From: a virus
Taxonomy: Duplodnaviria > Caudoviricetes
Direction: 5' to 3' (one strand)
Length of the DNA: 64,000 nucleotides
Virus record (IMG/VR): IMGVR_UViG_3300030330_004160
Coordinates: 121,387-185,386 of that record
The position numbers and the translations under genes were made by a program. Shown piece by piece: positions 29,440 through 37,838 of the stretch (its first letter is position 1; the number at the start of each line of letters is the position of its first letter). The notes beneath the pieces are model-generated. The model did no database searches. It worked only from the letters and a program-made list of their open reading frames with translations, and was not told the origin of the DNA.

Positions 29440-29720
29440 AATTTAGTCCTAAAAACAGACATTTGTGGGTTACCCCACACGAAGAAAAGCAAGAGGAAGG
29501 TGAAAATCTTAAGATTTTAGTACCGACTGACTATGAGAAGCCAAAGTCCCCATATGTTATGGCCACGGTAATGAAGGCTTCGGATGACTGCACTATACTT
29601 GGAATTGCTCCCGGCAATAGAGTTGTTGTTGAGAGAAGAATGTTGCATAATCTTGAAATTGAAGGCAAAAACATCTATTTAGTATTGGAAAACTACGTTT
29701 ATGGGAGGATTGATAAATGA
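29436..29720 (+). CDS. groES: Co-chaperonin GroES-like
   Basis: FSPKNRHLWV...ILVP...ATVM...PGNRVV...IEGKNIYLVLENYVYG matches the Cpn10 pattern and size. Confidence 0.65.
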   Translation: MKFSPKNRHLWVTPHEEKQEEGENLKILVPTDYEKPKSPYVMATVMKASDDCTILGIAPGNRVVVERRMLHNLEIEGKNIYLVLENYVYGRIDK

Positions 29721-30424
29721 AATTGAATAAACAAACACTAAAAAATATGATACAGGAAGTGATCGAAGAAGGAAGTATGAGAAGCATGCTATTGGAAAGT
29801 CCAATCCTCACAGAAACAACTTTCAATAGAATTAAGGATAAAATTGACAACAGCGATATCCCTTTTATCGTAATTTCTGCTGATCGTCACGAATATGATC
29901 GCATTGAGAATAACAAAAGATACAAAAGCTTGAAAAAAGATCTTAAAGCTTTGGGTATCCCATTCGCTGAGGTTCAAGGTTCTTGGATTGAAAAAGCAGA
30001 AGATGGAAGCGAACATAGAGTTATTGAGAAATCTGTTGTCGCTTACGAAGAAGACAGAGCAGATGTAGACCCAGTCAATATTGACCTCTGGACAGTTGGC
30101 AAAGAGTTGTGTGCTAAGTATAAGCAAGATGCTTTTATTTATGGTGAGGTTTCTAATAAAACCAAGCAGCGCCACATTAATGCCTATGATGAAAACGGAC
30201 AACCAGTTCAGTATGGCGGCCCATGGAACACACTCCAGCCAATTGAGAAAGATGCATCATTCTGGTCAAAGGTCAGAGGCTCAACCTTTGTGTTCGATCA
30301 AGGACCAAAGATTCAGGAAGTTGTTGAAGTTGAGGCTCCGAACTCTGTAATTGAAGCATATGCACTTGCCGCTCAGTATGGCAAGAATGTCAAGTTTGTC
30401 CGGAGGGCAAATGAAGAAAGTTGA
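29717..30424 (+). CDS. Putative head-internal protein (DUF3293-like core)
   Basis: N-terminal MKLNKQTLKNMIQEVIEE; ISADR...EN..R...L..DL...G...EKS...KYKQDA. Confidence 0.45.
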   Translation: MKLNKQTLKNMIQEVIEEGSMRSMLLESPILTETTFNRIKDKIDNSDIPFIVISADRHEYDRIENNKRYKSLKKDLKALGIPFAEVQGSWIEKAEDGSEHRVIEKSVVAYEEDRADVDPVNIDLWTVGKELCAKYKQDAFIYGEVSNKTKQRHINAYDENGQPVQYGGPWNTLQPIEKDASFWSKVRGSTFVFDQGPKIQEVVEVEAPNSVIEAYALAAQYGKNVKFVRRANEES

Positions 30425-31121
30425 ACTTTATGGAGATGATATAGGATATGTTGAGTATATTGACCATATGGGCACCGATACTACTGTCGTTAATGCTGCT
30501 CGTGTATCTTTTGGTAAACATAAGGAAGTAATGGACGAGAAGGATGAGAAACTGATAAAGTATCTCATCAAGCACCGTCACACTTCTCCATTCGAACATT
30601 GCTCGGTGACCTTTCGGTTCACCGTTCCTTTGTTTGTGAGATCTCAACACCACAGACACAGAACATGGGCGTATAACGAAATTAGTCGGAGGTATACAAG
30701 TTATGACATTCAATTCTATGAACCAAAACAATTCAGGGCCCAACATAAGTCTAACCGACAGGCTAGTGTACTTGACAGTGGCGTTAATCCTGTCCTATAC
30801 CCTGATTTGGCTGATATGGACTTCGGCGTAAAGGCATCCGATGTTGTAAAAACACACCATAAAAAGTCTCTTGGTCTTTATCAACTACTTATTAATAGAG
30901 GTGTGTGTCGGGAGCAGGCTCGTGGAGTCCTGCCTCAAAATATGTACACTCAATATTACGGAACGGTAAACATGTCAAATCTTTTGAAGTTTGTTGACTT
31001 GAGAACTCATGAGGGAGCACAATGGGAGATAGCAAAAGTAGGAAAAGCCTGCCTTGATATCGCGATGGATCTATGGCCAGTTTCCATTTCCGCTTGGAGT
31101 GAGATGCGAGGTGGATCCTAG
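30411..31121 (+). CDS. thyX: FAD-dependent thymidylate synthase
   Basis: AARVS, HTSPFEH, RHRTWAYNEISRRY, REQARGVLP, AQWEI. Confidence 0.95.
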   Translation: MKKVELYGDDIGYVEYIDHMGTDTTVVNAARVSFGKHKEVMDEKDEKLIKYLIKHRHTSPFEHCSVTFRFTVPLFVRSQHHRHRTWAYNEISRRYTSYDIQFYEPKQFRAQHKSNRQASVLDSGVNPVLYPDLADMDFGVKASDVVKTHHKKSLGLYQLLINRGVCREQARGVLPQNMYTQYYGTVNMSNLLKFVDLRTHEGAQWEIAKVGKACLDIAMDLWPVSISAWSEMRGGS

Positions 31122-31392
31122 ATTTAAGAAGGGAGACCTTGTTTATTTAAATCGGTTCGGCAAAGTTATGCTGTACCCATCATACCAAGATGTCGTAAGT
31201 ATTGGCCTAATAATGACCGATGCCTACGACATTTTTTATCCAGATGCTTATGATGAGAATTATTTAGAGTATTGGGGATATGATATAATGTTTGGAGACA
31301 AACTAATTACATTAATACCTGAAGAGTTTATTATTAGACCGGGAGAAGTAGATGAAACGGATACTGAAGAATTGGAAGACCTATTTAAATGA
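31111..31392 (+). CDS. Small SH3/KOW-like hypothetical protein
   Basis: FKKGDLVYL...IGLI; start uncertain. Confidence 0.45.
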   Translation: MDPRFKKGDLVYLNRFGKVMLYPSYQDVVSIGLIMTDAYDIFYPDAYDENYLEYWGYDIMFGDKLITLIPEEFIIRPGEVDETDTEELEDLFK

Positions 31393-31888
31393 AGGCGGTG
31401 TAACGATACAAAAACACACAGGTCGTGGCGGAAGATTTTCTAGAGAGGTTTTTAGAGATCATTTGAACTTTTATCTCGGCGGAACATATCAACAGTTTCA
31501 AGATATTGGTGAGATCTTGCAAAAAATTAAAGCAAGTGACCAAGAAAAACAAGCAATGGCCGATGATCTTGGTGGTATGATAAACTATTATAATACCAGA
31601 GGAGCGATTGAGTATTTCGATGGAGAACCTTTAGAGGTAGTATCTGTGGCTAGAATACGTGAACTTCTGAATATTCTGGCTGCACAAGGCTTCGAAGCCA
31701 TCAATCCAACCAACCCAAAAACAATCGAAGAGTTTTATGTTATGGGCAAAGACTTGACCGCACCACGATCCCAACCCCTCCCGCAAGCACCCTCATCAAA
31801 GACAGAGCCACAGAAAAGTCGCTTGGGCCAGACAGCAGCCATGAGTTACGATGACATTATGAAGTTGCAGCAAAAGAGGAAGCGTTGA
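31352..31888 (+). CDS. Hypothetical protein, putative head-internal
   Basis: N-terminal MKRILKNWKTYLNE. Confidence 0.45.
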   Translation: MKRILKNWKTYLNEGGVTIQKHTGRGGRFSREVFRDHLNFYLGGTYQQFQDIGEILQKIKASDQEKQAMADDLGGMINYYNTRGAIEYFDGEPLEVVSVARIRELLNILAAQGFEAINPTNPKTIEEFYVMGKDLTAPRSQPLPQAPSSKTEPQKSRLGQTAAMSYDDIMKLQQKRKR

Positions 31889-32682
31889 GGGGCCATGTTT
31901 ACCAATACGATACTTTGGTATGTGGCGGCGGGATTAACACTTTGCTATATTGTTTCCATACGGCATCGCCATTAGTGTTAACAAGCCCGTGTAACATTTT
32001 CCATTTTGAGACAATCAAAGGAGATTTTTCATTCTTAGGACTGTCTGATAAAGAGGTTCTGTCTGTTGAGTTGTGGAATAGGTTGTACATGATATTGTCC
32101 TTGTCTGGCAAGATAGTCAACCCTATACCAGCACAGAATCTCCGTATGGAACGAGGCAAGATGGTGTACATCACAGATAGAAATAAAAGAATCACAGCAG
32201 AATATAACAAGATGCTCAAATTTGAGCAAGAACAGAAAGAGTGTATGGTATACGATTGGTTTGCCGTCAAATCTGGTGGAAAACATGACTTTGAAAAACT
32301 CAAAGACCCTGAAAATTTTTTCGTTCAACTTTTGAGATTTCACCCCTCAATGAGGAAAAATGTAAATGGCATCAAAGATGTGGTCGCTGTGTCCAAGGTA
32401 AACAAAGAAAGCATCACAGATTTTGACCATTCAGAGACAATGGCCCGACTTAAAGCCACCAAGATGATGAAAGCCGCCGGTATTCGCGGCAGAAGCAATG
32501 GCACCAATAAGAGGGGCCACAAACTTCACTATGCGATAAAGTTAGAACACTCACACAGAGAAATAATCCCGAAAATTAAATATCGCATGTCGATAAAGAA
32601 AATATTAGAAATAAAACCCAACAAGGGGGAGATGTGGAATTTGACGAAAAACCTTTTCATTCGGAAAACTCGTTCCATTTAG
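31885..32682 (+). CDS. Hypothetical protein with Rossmann-like N-terminus
   Basis: YDTLVCGGGINTL resembles the start of an FAD-binding fold; the remainder is unrecognised. Confidence 0.4.
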   Translation: MRGHVYQYDTLVCGGGINTLLYCFHTASPLVLTSPCNIFHFETIKGDFSFLGLSDKEVLSVELWNRLYMILSLSGKIVNPIPAQNLRMERGKMVYITDRNKRITAEYNKMLKFEQEQKECMVYDWFAVKSGGKHDFEKLKDPENFFVQLLRFHPSMRKNVNGIKDVVAVSKVNKESITDFDHSETMARLKATKMMKAAGIRGRSNGTNKRGHKLHYAIKLEHSHREIIPKIKYRMSIKKILEIKPNKGEMWNLTKNLFIRKTRSI

Positions 32683-33548
32683 CCGGAGTGATACCAATAG
32701 CCGGACAGCCACTGGAATACAACATGGATTGGCCCGACTGTATGATGCCAATAGCACCGAACTATACCATGATTGAGGCTTCAATATATGAGTGTGCTAT
32801 GGCGGGATGTGAAACAATCTGGTTGATTTGCAATGATGACATTTCGCCACTCATTCGCTATAGAATCGGAGACTATGTCGAAGACCCAGTATGGGCATCT
32901 AGAAAATTTGAAAAAAATCCAAGAATGGTTCGCTCACAAATTCCAATATTCTATGTCCCTGTGCATCCGAAAGACCGAGACAAAAGAGATTGTTTAGCAT
33001 GGAGTGTTATTTACGGTGCTCTCTCTGCTTTAAAAGTGTCTTCAAAAATAAGCAAATGGTTGATTCCCGATAAATATTATGTCTCATTTCCATACAGCAT
33101 ATATCCCGTTGAGGAGATCCGAGAACACAGAAAAAAGATTTCTTCAAAAAAGAATTTTTACATGCGTTTTGACCAAAACACGGTAGAAAATAATAAATTT
33201 ATGTCATTTACTTTCGGAAAAGATGAATTTATTAAATATAGGAGAGTAATTAGAAAAGAGGGTACTGGCTTATATACTTCGGATTTGAACGAAAAAGGCA
33301 TGCCCCACGCCAAACTTCCAATAGAAGAAAGGTGGTCCGCAAGGTTTTTTGAGTTAGAGCAAGTGTTTAGAGATTTAGATTTAGAAAACGCAACAGTTTT
33401 TGAGCCTAGTTGGTATTACAACTTGGGCTCTTGGGAGGAGTATAAGCACTTTTTGGGTTCTAATGAGTCACATCAAGTGAAAAGACCTTGGGAGAGGATA
33501 TTGAAATATAGAGAATTTAATCCAATAGGAGTTGATCGGGAGGACTAG
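32634..33548 (+). CDS. Nucleotidyltransferase-like (NTP_transferase/GT-A fold) protein, divergent
   Basis: AGVIPIAG...MMPIA...MIEASIYECAMAGCETIWLI mirrors the sugar-phosphate nucleotidyltransferase N-terminus. Confidence 0.5.
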   Translation: MEFDEKPFHSENSFHLAGVIPIAGQPLEYNMDWPDCMMPIAPNYTMIEASIYECAMAGCETIWLICNDDISPLIRYRIGDYVEDPVWASRKFEKNPRMVRSQIPIFYVPVHPKDRDKRDCLAWSVIYGALSALKVSSKISKWLIPDKYYVSFPYSIYPVEEIREHRKKISSKKNFYMRFDQNTVENNKFMSFTFGKDEFIKYRRVIRKEGTGLYTSDLNEKGMPHAKLPIEERWSARFFELEQVFRDLDLENATVFEPSWYYNLGSWEEYKHFLGSNESHQVKRPWERILKYREFNPIGVDRED

Positions 33549-33550
33549 TA

Positions 33551-35152
33551 GTGTTGAGATTTTTATTTCTGTCTTTGTTCGCATGCAATGATTATGTGAT
33601 GAGCAAGAAGGTGGTCGAAGAGCCGCCAATAGAGGAGGGTCAGCCGGATATCATGGTACTTCCGGCAGAAATAAACTATGGCCATCTACTGTCGGGTCAC
33701 GAAACCGGCAGCGAGACGATCTCGGTTATTAACACTGGCGATGCGACACTGATTGTTTCCAATGTTACAATAGATGACGGCACTGGCTTCTTTCTTTCCG
33801 CAATAAGCGACCAATCTATAGAGCCAAGTGAAAGTGCTGAAATCGATCTAACTTACATACCAGAAACTTATGAGGAGAGATCGGTTAATATTCATATTTT
33901 TTCCAACGACGAAGATGAACAAGTAGTGAATGTTCCTGTTACGGGATTTGGAGACGCACCGGTTATCGTCGCCAACCCAGTGAACGCTGAAATGTTAGAT
34001 GTTGAGGTAGGCTGTGAGGACGAGGTTGAGATTGAAATAGCAAACGCTGGCAATGTTGATCTTGAAATTAGTGGCCTCATTCATAGTGCCACCACTCCTG
34101 TGGATATGGAATACGTTAATGATAATGATTTTCCAATCGTCATACCTCCGACTGAAAAGAAAACAATAAGAGTTCGGTACATACCAGACGATCTAGTGCC
34201 AGATACTTCAGAAGTGGCTTTGCACTCTAATGATCCAATGAATAGCGTATTCAAAGTATACCAGCACGGAACAGCAGTGTTTGCTAAAACCACAACAGAA
34301 TTTCATGTTCAAGCCGAGATTATAAAAACAGATATTATTTTTGTCGTTGACAATTCGGGCTCAATGCATGTGTTCCAAAACGAAGTGGCCAACAACATGA
34401 ACATGTTTATGAATGTTTTTATAAACTTTGGAATAGATTATCAAATAGCAGTCATAACAACGGATGATGAGAAGTTCATAGGCCCAGTAGTAACGCCGCT
34501 GTCACCAGACCCTGTATACGATATAGCAGTCCAGATAGCCAATGTGGGGACCAACGGCTCCGCACATGAGCGTGGCCTCTTATATTCATATAGAGCGACT
34601 CAGCCCGGAGCAGATGCTGGCCCGACTTCTTCTTTTTTGCGTTCGGATGCATTGCTCGTGTTCGTATACATTTCAGATGAAAGAGACTACTCTTCCGGCA
34701 ACTGGACTGACTACGCAAATTATTTCAACAGCCTCAAGGGCGACCCAGCAAAAGTAATAGCCCACGCTGTGGCAGGAGACTATCCAAACGGTTGCAGTTG
34801 GACTGATCCAAACACAGGCTACACTAGGCCAATACAATACGGCGCAGGATACTATGATATCGTTCAGTATTACGGAGGCCAATATTATTCTCTTTGCGCT
34901 ACAGATTGGGGACAACAGATGCAGTCACTGGCTCTCAATTCTGTGGTGGTGTTAGACTACCCTTTGGAGGAAGAAGGAGTAATAGAGAGTTCTATTTCAG
35001 TTACTATCAACGGTCAGTCAAGTTCCGACTGGTCATACGATTTTGATACAAATTCTGTCATTTTGTCACAAAACAATGCACCAGAAGAGGGTGATGAAAT
35101 TGAAATAACTTATTCAATTTACGGTTGCATGGAAGAGGACTCAGGCCAATAA
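33551..35152 (+). CDS. Lipoprotein with two Ig-like (choice-of-anchor D/ASH) domains and a vWA domain
   Basis: Lipobox LFAC; repeats INTGDATLIVS / ANAGNVDLEIS ending SNDED / SNDP; MIDAS DIIFVVDNSGSM, ITTD, SDE. Confidence 0.8.
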   Translation: MLRFLFLSLFACNDYVMSKKVVEEPPIEEGQPDIMVLPAEINYGHLLSGHETGSETISVINTGDATLIVSNVTIDDGTGFFLSAISDQSIEPSESAEIDLTYIPETYEERSVNIHIFSNDEDEQVVNVPVTGFGDAPVIVANPVNAEMLDVEVGCEDEVEIEIANAGNVDLEISGLIHSATTPVDMEYVNDNDFPIVIPPTEKKTIRVRYIPDDLVPDTSEVALHSNDPMNSVFKVYQHGTAVFAKTTTEFHVQAEIIKTDIIFVVDNSGSMHVFQNEVANNMNMFMNVFINFGIDYQIAVITTDDEKFIGPVVTPLSPDPVYDIAVQIANVGTNGSAHERGLLYSYRATQPGADAGPTSSFLRSDALLVFVYISDERDYSSGNWTDYANYFNSLKGDPAKVIAHAVAGDYPNGCSWTDPNTGYTRPIQYGAGYYDIVQYYGGQYYSLCATDWGQQMQSLALNSVVVLDYPLEEEGVIESSISVTINGQSSSDWSYDFDTNSVILSQNNAPEEGDEIEITYSIYGCMEEDSGQ

Positions 35153-35165
35153 CTATTTATGTTGT

Positions 35166-35810
35166 ATGTCTTGGGTCATTAAGTATAAAAAGTATAAAAA
35201 ACTTATTAAAGAGTTGCTGTATCACTATTCTGAACTTGAGTTTCAAGAAGAAGTGCTTAAAGAAGCGCACCATGTGTTCGAAGAGTATCAACATGAATAT
35301 GCTGCGAAGAAGAACATAAATCTTCAAGAACTTCAAACAAAAAACAGTCAAAGGATAGACGAAATAGTCCCTCAACCAAAGCAAGCAGAAGTTGATGAAG
35401 AGGGTCTTGTCGTTGTCAATGAAGCCACTGATGAGGACAAAGAGCAGATAAAAAAGTTTGGTAAAGTCTACAAAATGATCGCCAAAAAGATCCACCCAGA
35501 CAAGTTTGCAAATAGACTTCGCACCGAAGAAATCGAAGAAAAGGAAGAGTTATTTAAGAGAGCCTCAGCCGGATTTGAATCCAGAGAATGGGGAAAAATG
35601 CTAGATGTGGCCGAACAGATTAATGTTAAGCCGGCAAATGCCGACGAGTTGTGCCCAGAGATTCGCAAGGAAATTATAAAAGTTAAAAATAAAGTAGAAC
35701 ACAATTCGAATATGTATAGTTGGAAGTTGTACCAATGTGAGGACAATGAAGAATGTAAGGAACTTTTAATGGCTGACTTTTTTAGAAGATTATTTAACTA
35801 TAACCCTTGA
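35166..35810 (+). CDS. J-domain (DnaJ-like) protein
   Basis: YKMIAKKIHPDK with the HPD motif in a helical context. Confidence 0.7.
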   Translation: MSWVIKYKKYKKLIKELLYHYSELEFQEEVLKEAHHVFEEYQHEYAAKKNINLQELQTKNSQRIDEIVPQPKQAEVDEEGLVVVNEATDEDKEQIKKFGKVYKMIAKKIHPDKFANRLRTEEIEEKEELFKRASAGFESREWGKMLDVAEQINVKPANADELCPEIRKEIIKVKNKVEHNSNMYSWKLYQCEDNEECKELLMADFFRRLFNYNP

Positions 35811-35854
35811 CGAAACAACTTTTTGTTTCATAGTTACATTATGGGAGCAAAAAT

Positions 35855-36280
35855 ATGGGATTAATTTTAGGACTGCTATACGCAAATTTTCTAGAATGGT
35901 TCGTTCATAAATACATCTTCCATAAACTTGGCAAAAAGAGAGGTTCAATCTGGGCCTATCATTTGAAGGAACATCACAAAACTGCCCGAAAAAATAACTT
36001 TATTGACGAAAAAGTTAGCAAAATAGAAATATTCGGGATGATATTTTTGGTTTTAATACACTTGCCTTTTTTATGGATTAGTGTTGGGTTTTTTGCCGGT
36101 ACAGCCATTTATGCCGTTGCATTTAAGATAATTCACGAGTACCAACATAGAAATCCAGAATTTACAAAGAAGTATATGAGGTGGCACTGGGAACACCACA
36201 TGAAAGATAGCAACAAAAACTTTGGCGTTGTGGCCTGCTGGGCGGATCATTATTTGAAAACAAGAAAAAAGTATCAATAA
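35855..36280 (+). CDS. Fatty-acid hydroxylase/sterol desaturase family membrane protein
   Basis: His boxes EWFVHKYIFH, HLKEHH, HEYQH, HWEHH; NFGV; transmembrane segments. Confidence 0.8.
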   Translation: MGLILGLLYANFLEWFVHKYIFHKLGKKRGSIWAYHLKEHHKTARKNNFIDEKVSKIEIFGMIFLVLIHLPFLWISVGFFAGTAIYAVAFKIIHEYQHRNPEFTKKYMRWHWEHHMKDSNKNFGVVACWADHYLKTRKKYQ

Positions 36281-36284
36281 GCAC

Positions 36285-36312
36285 TTGACAACTCTCTTGT
36301 TCATGTTATAAT
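36285..36312 (+). promoter_or_regulatory. Sigma70-like promoter
   Basis: TTGACA-16-TATAAT. Confidence 0.8.
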
Positions 36313-36332
36313 ATATACATGTTGGAGAGAGA

Positions 36333-36521
36333 ATGACTAAAGAAGAGTTAGCGACATATCAAGCACAATGGCTGCGACTCAAGGGCTTGCTGCGAGAAGT
36401 CAAGATGATGCGTCTCGGAGGCAACGGTGATCCTTTGTATGCCCAAGACATGAAAAAAGTTGAGGAATCATTGACAGCCTGCTTAGAACAACTTAGAGTA
36501 AGAATAGAGGAAGCGCTATGA
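36333..36521 (+). CDS. Hypothetical protein
   Basis: 62-aa ORF with SD GGAG after a promoter. Confidence 0.55.
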   Translation: MTKEELATYQAQWLRLKGLLREVKMMRLGGNGDPLYAQDMKKVEESLTACLEQLRVRIEEAL

Positions 36522-36658
36522 AAGAAGTAATGAAAATAGCCATAGTATTAAATTTATTCCTAGCGTTCATCAGTCTATTGATGGGTGACTGGAGCATGCT
36601 TGTTCTCAATCTAATGTGTTGTTGGCTCTGTTATATCGGACACCAACAAAACCAGTAA

Positions 36659-36733
36659 GCACCCGTGGTGAAAGGGATATCACAGTGGCCTTCTAAGCCA
36701 TTATTCTAGGTTCGAATCCTAGCGGGTGTACCA
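36659..36733 (+). tRNA. tRNA-Arg (anticodon UCU)
   Basis: Acceptor GCACCCG/CGGGTGT, anticodon arm GTGGC-CTTCTAA-GCCAT, T-loop GGTTCGAATCC, encoded CCA. Confidence 0.92.
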
Positions 36734-36758
36734 TTATTTATTAACATATGGAGGAAAA

Positions 36759-37130
36759 ATGAATATTTTATTTGCTATTATAATGATGGGCTGTCGTCAT
36801 GACCCAAAAGTAGAAGAAAGCGGAGACGCACAACCCCAGATTCCGGCTATGTCTGAGTGTGGTCAACTGGTGCTTGAAGAGGGAACTCCGACAGCCTTTG
36901 ATGATTGTTTTGAGGGTCAAGGCGATACCGGTTGGTCCTGCGAGACCTGTGGGTATTACTCCGACGTTGCTTTGTCACAAGGGGCGTTTGATTGCATTAC
37001 TTGTTACGAAGGGTACGAGATCGACGTAGTATTCCCAGATTGCACTGGCTTTTGCGTACCGGAGGGTACGGCGGAAGATCCCATTGGCACTAATGAATGT
37101 GTCCCAGTATCTGATTGTGTGAGAGACTAA
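36759..37130 (+). CDS. Cys-rich putative lipoprotein
   Basis: MNILFAIIMMGC lipobox; about 10 further Cys; SD GGAGG. Confidence 0.6.
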   Translation: MNILFAIIMMGCRHDPKVEESGDAQPQIPAMSECGQLVLEEGTPTAFDDCFEGQGDTGWSCETCGYYSDVALSQGAFDCITCYEGYEIDVVFPDCTGFCVPEGTAEDPIGTNECVPVSDCVRD

Positions 37131-37344
37131 CTTAACTAACTTTATTTGGAGGTAACATGAATAAAGAAAAAATCAACAATGCCATATCCTATACCTTGTC
37201 AAATCCTTTTGAGGCTTTCATGGGCGCTAGCCTATGGGTAATCGCAATGTCAGCAGGAATATCAGTATTCCTCTATGCGTTGAACTTTGGATATTATTTA
37301 ATCAAGACAGCGCTACCAACTATTTAGTTTAGGAGGTGATGGCC

Positions 37345-37407
37345 ATGTCAAATGAAAAATGTAAATGCTGCGAATGCTGTTCATGCGAATGTGAAAACTG
37401 CTGCTAA
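37345..37407 (+). CDS. Metallothionein-like micropeptide MSNEKCKCCECCSCECENCC
   Basis: 9 Cys in 20 aa; SD AGGAGGTGAT at 37331-37340; ACTATTTA motif at 37319. Confidence 0.65.
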   Translation: MSNEKCKCCECCSCECENCC

Positions 37408-37453
37408 ACACAACAGAGATTCTTTTAAAAACACTAATTATTAGTGAAATTTC

Positions 37454-37475
37454 ACCCTCCTTGTGAGGGTTTTTT
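37454..37475 (+). terminator. Rho-independent terminator
   Basis: ACCCTC-CTTGT-GAGGGT followed by a T-tract. Confidence 0.6.
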
Positions 37476-37489
37476 ATTATGGAGGTAAT

Positions 37490-37786
37490 ATGAAATTTAT
37501 TAATGGTTTAATCGCTTTTGTTTTTATTGGCATCCCGGCGATTCTTTGGTGGGCTGATGTGTGGGTCACGGGAACAACTCCCCAAGCCAAAGTCCAAGAG
37601 GTTTCCGAAAATTTGGAAATCAACACTCTTATGCAAGATATGTACGCACATCAAGATTTGGTTGATGCGTTCAATAAAAAAGAGATAAGCCGCAGCGAGT
37701 ATATTCGTGAGATGGAAAAACTTAAAAAGAAGATTGAACGTGAGGGCAAGAAAACCAAAAAGAAAGTAGAAAATTCTTTAGAATAG
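37490..37786 (+). CDS. Hypothetical membrane-anchored protein
   Basis: N-terminal TM helix; SD GGAGG. Confidence 0.55.
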   Translation: MKFINGLIAFVFIGIPAILWWADVWVTGTTPQAKVQEVSENLEINTLMQDMYAHQDLVDAFNKKEISRSEYIREMEKLKKKIEREGKKTKKKVENSLE

Positions 37787-37838
37787 TCTTGACAAAATCT
37801 TACTATGTGTTATAAATATAGATAACTTGGAGGTTAAT

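Noticed and set aside
36759-37130. c-type cytochrome
   Set aside because: The CETC and CITC motifs are followed by G and Y, not H, so there is no CxxCH haem site.
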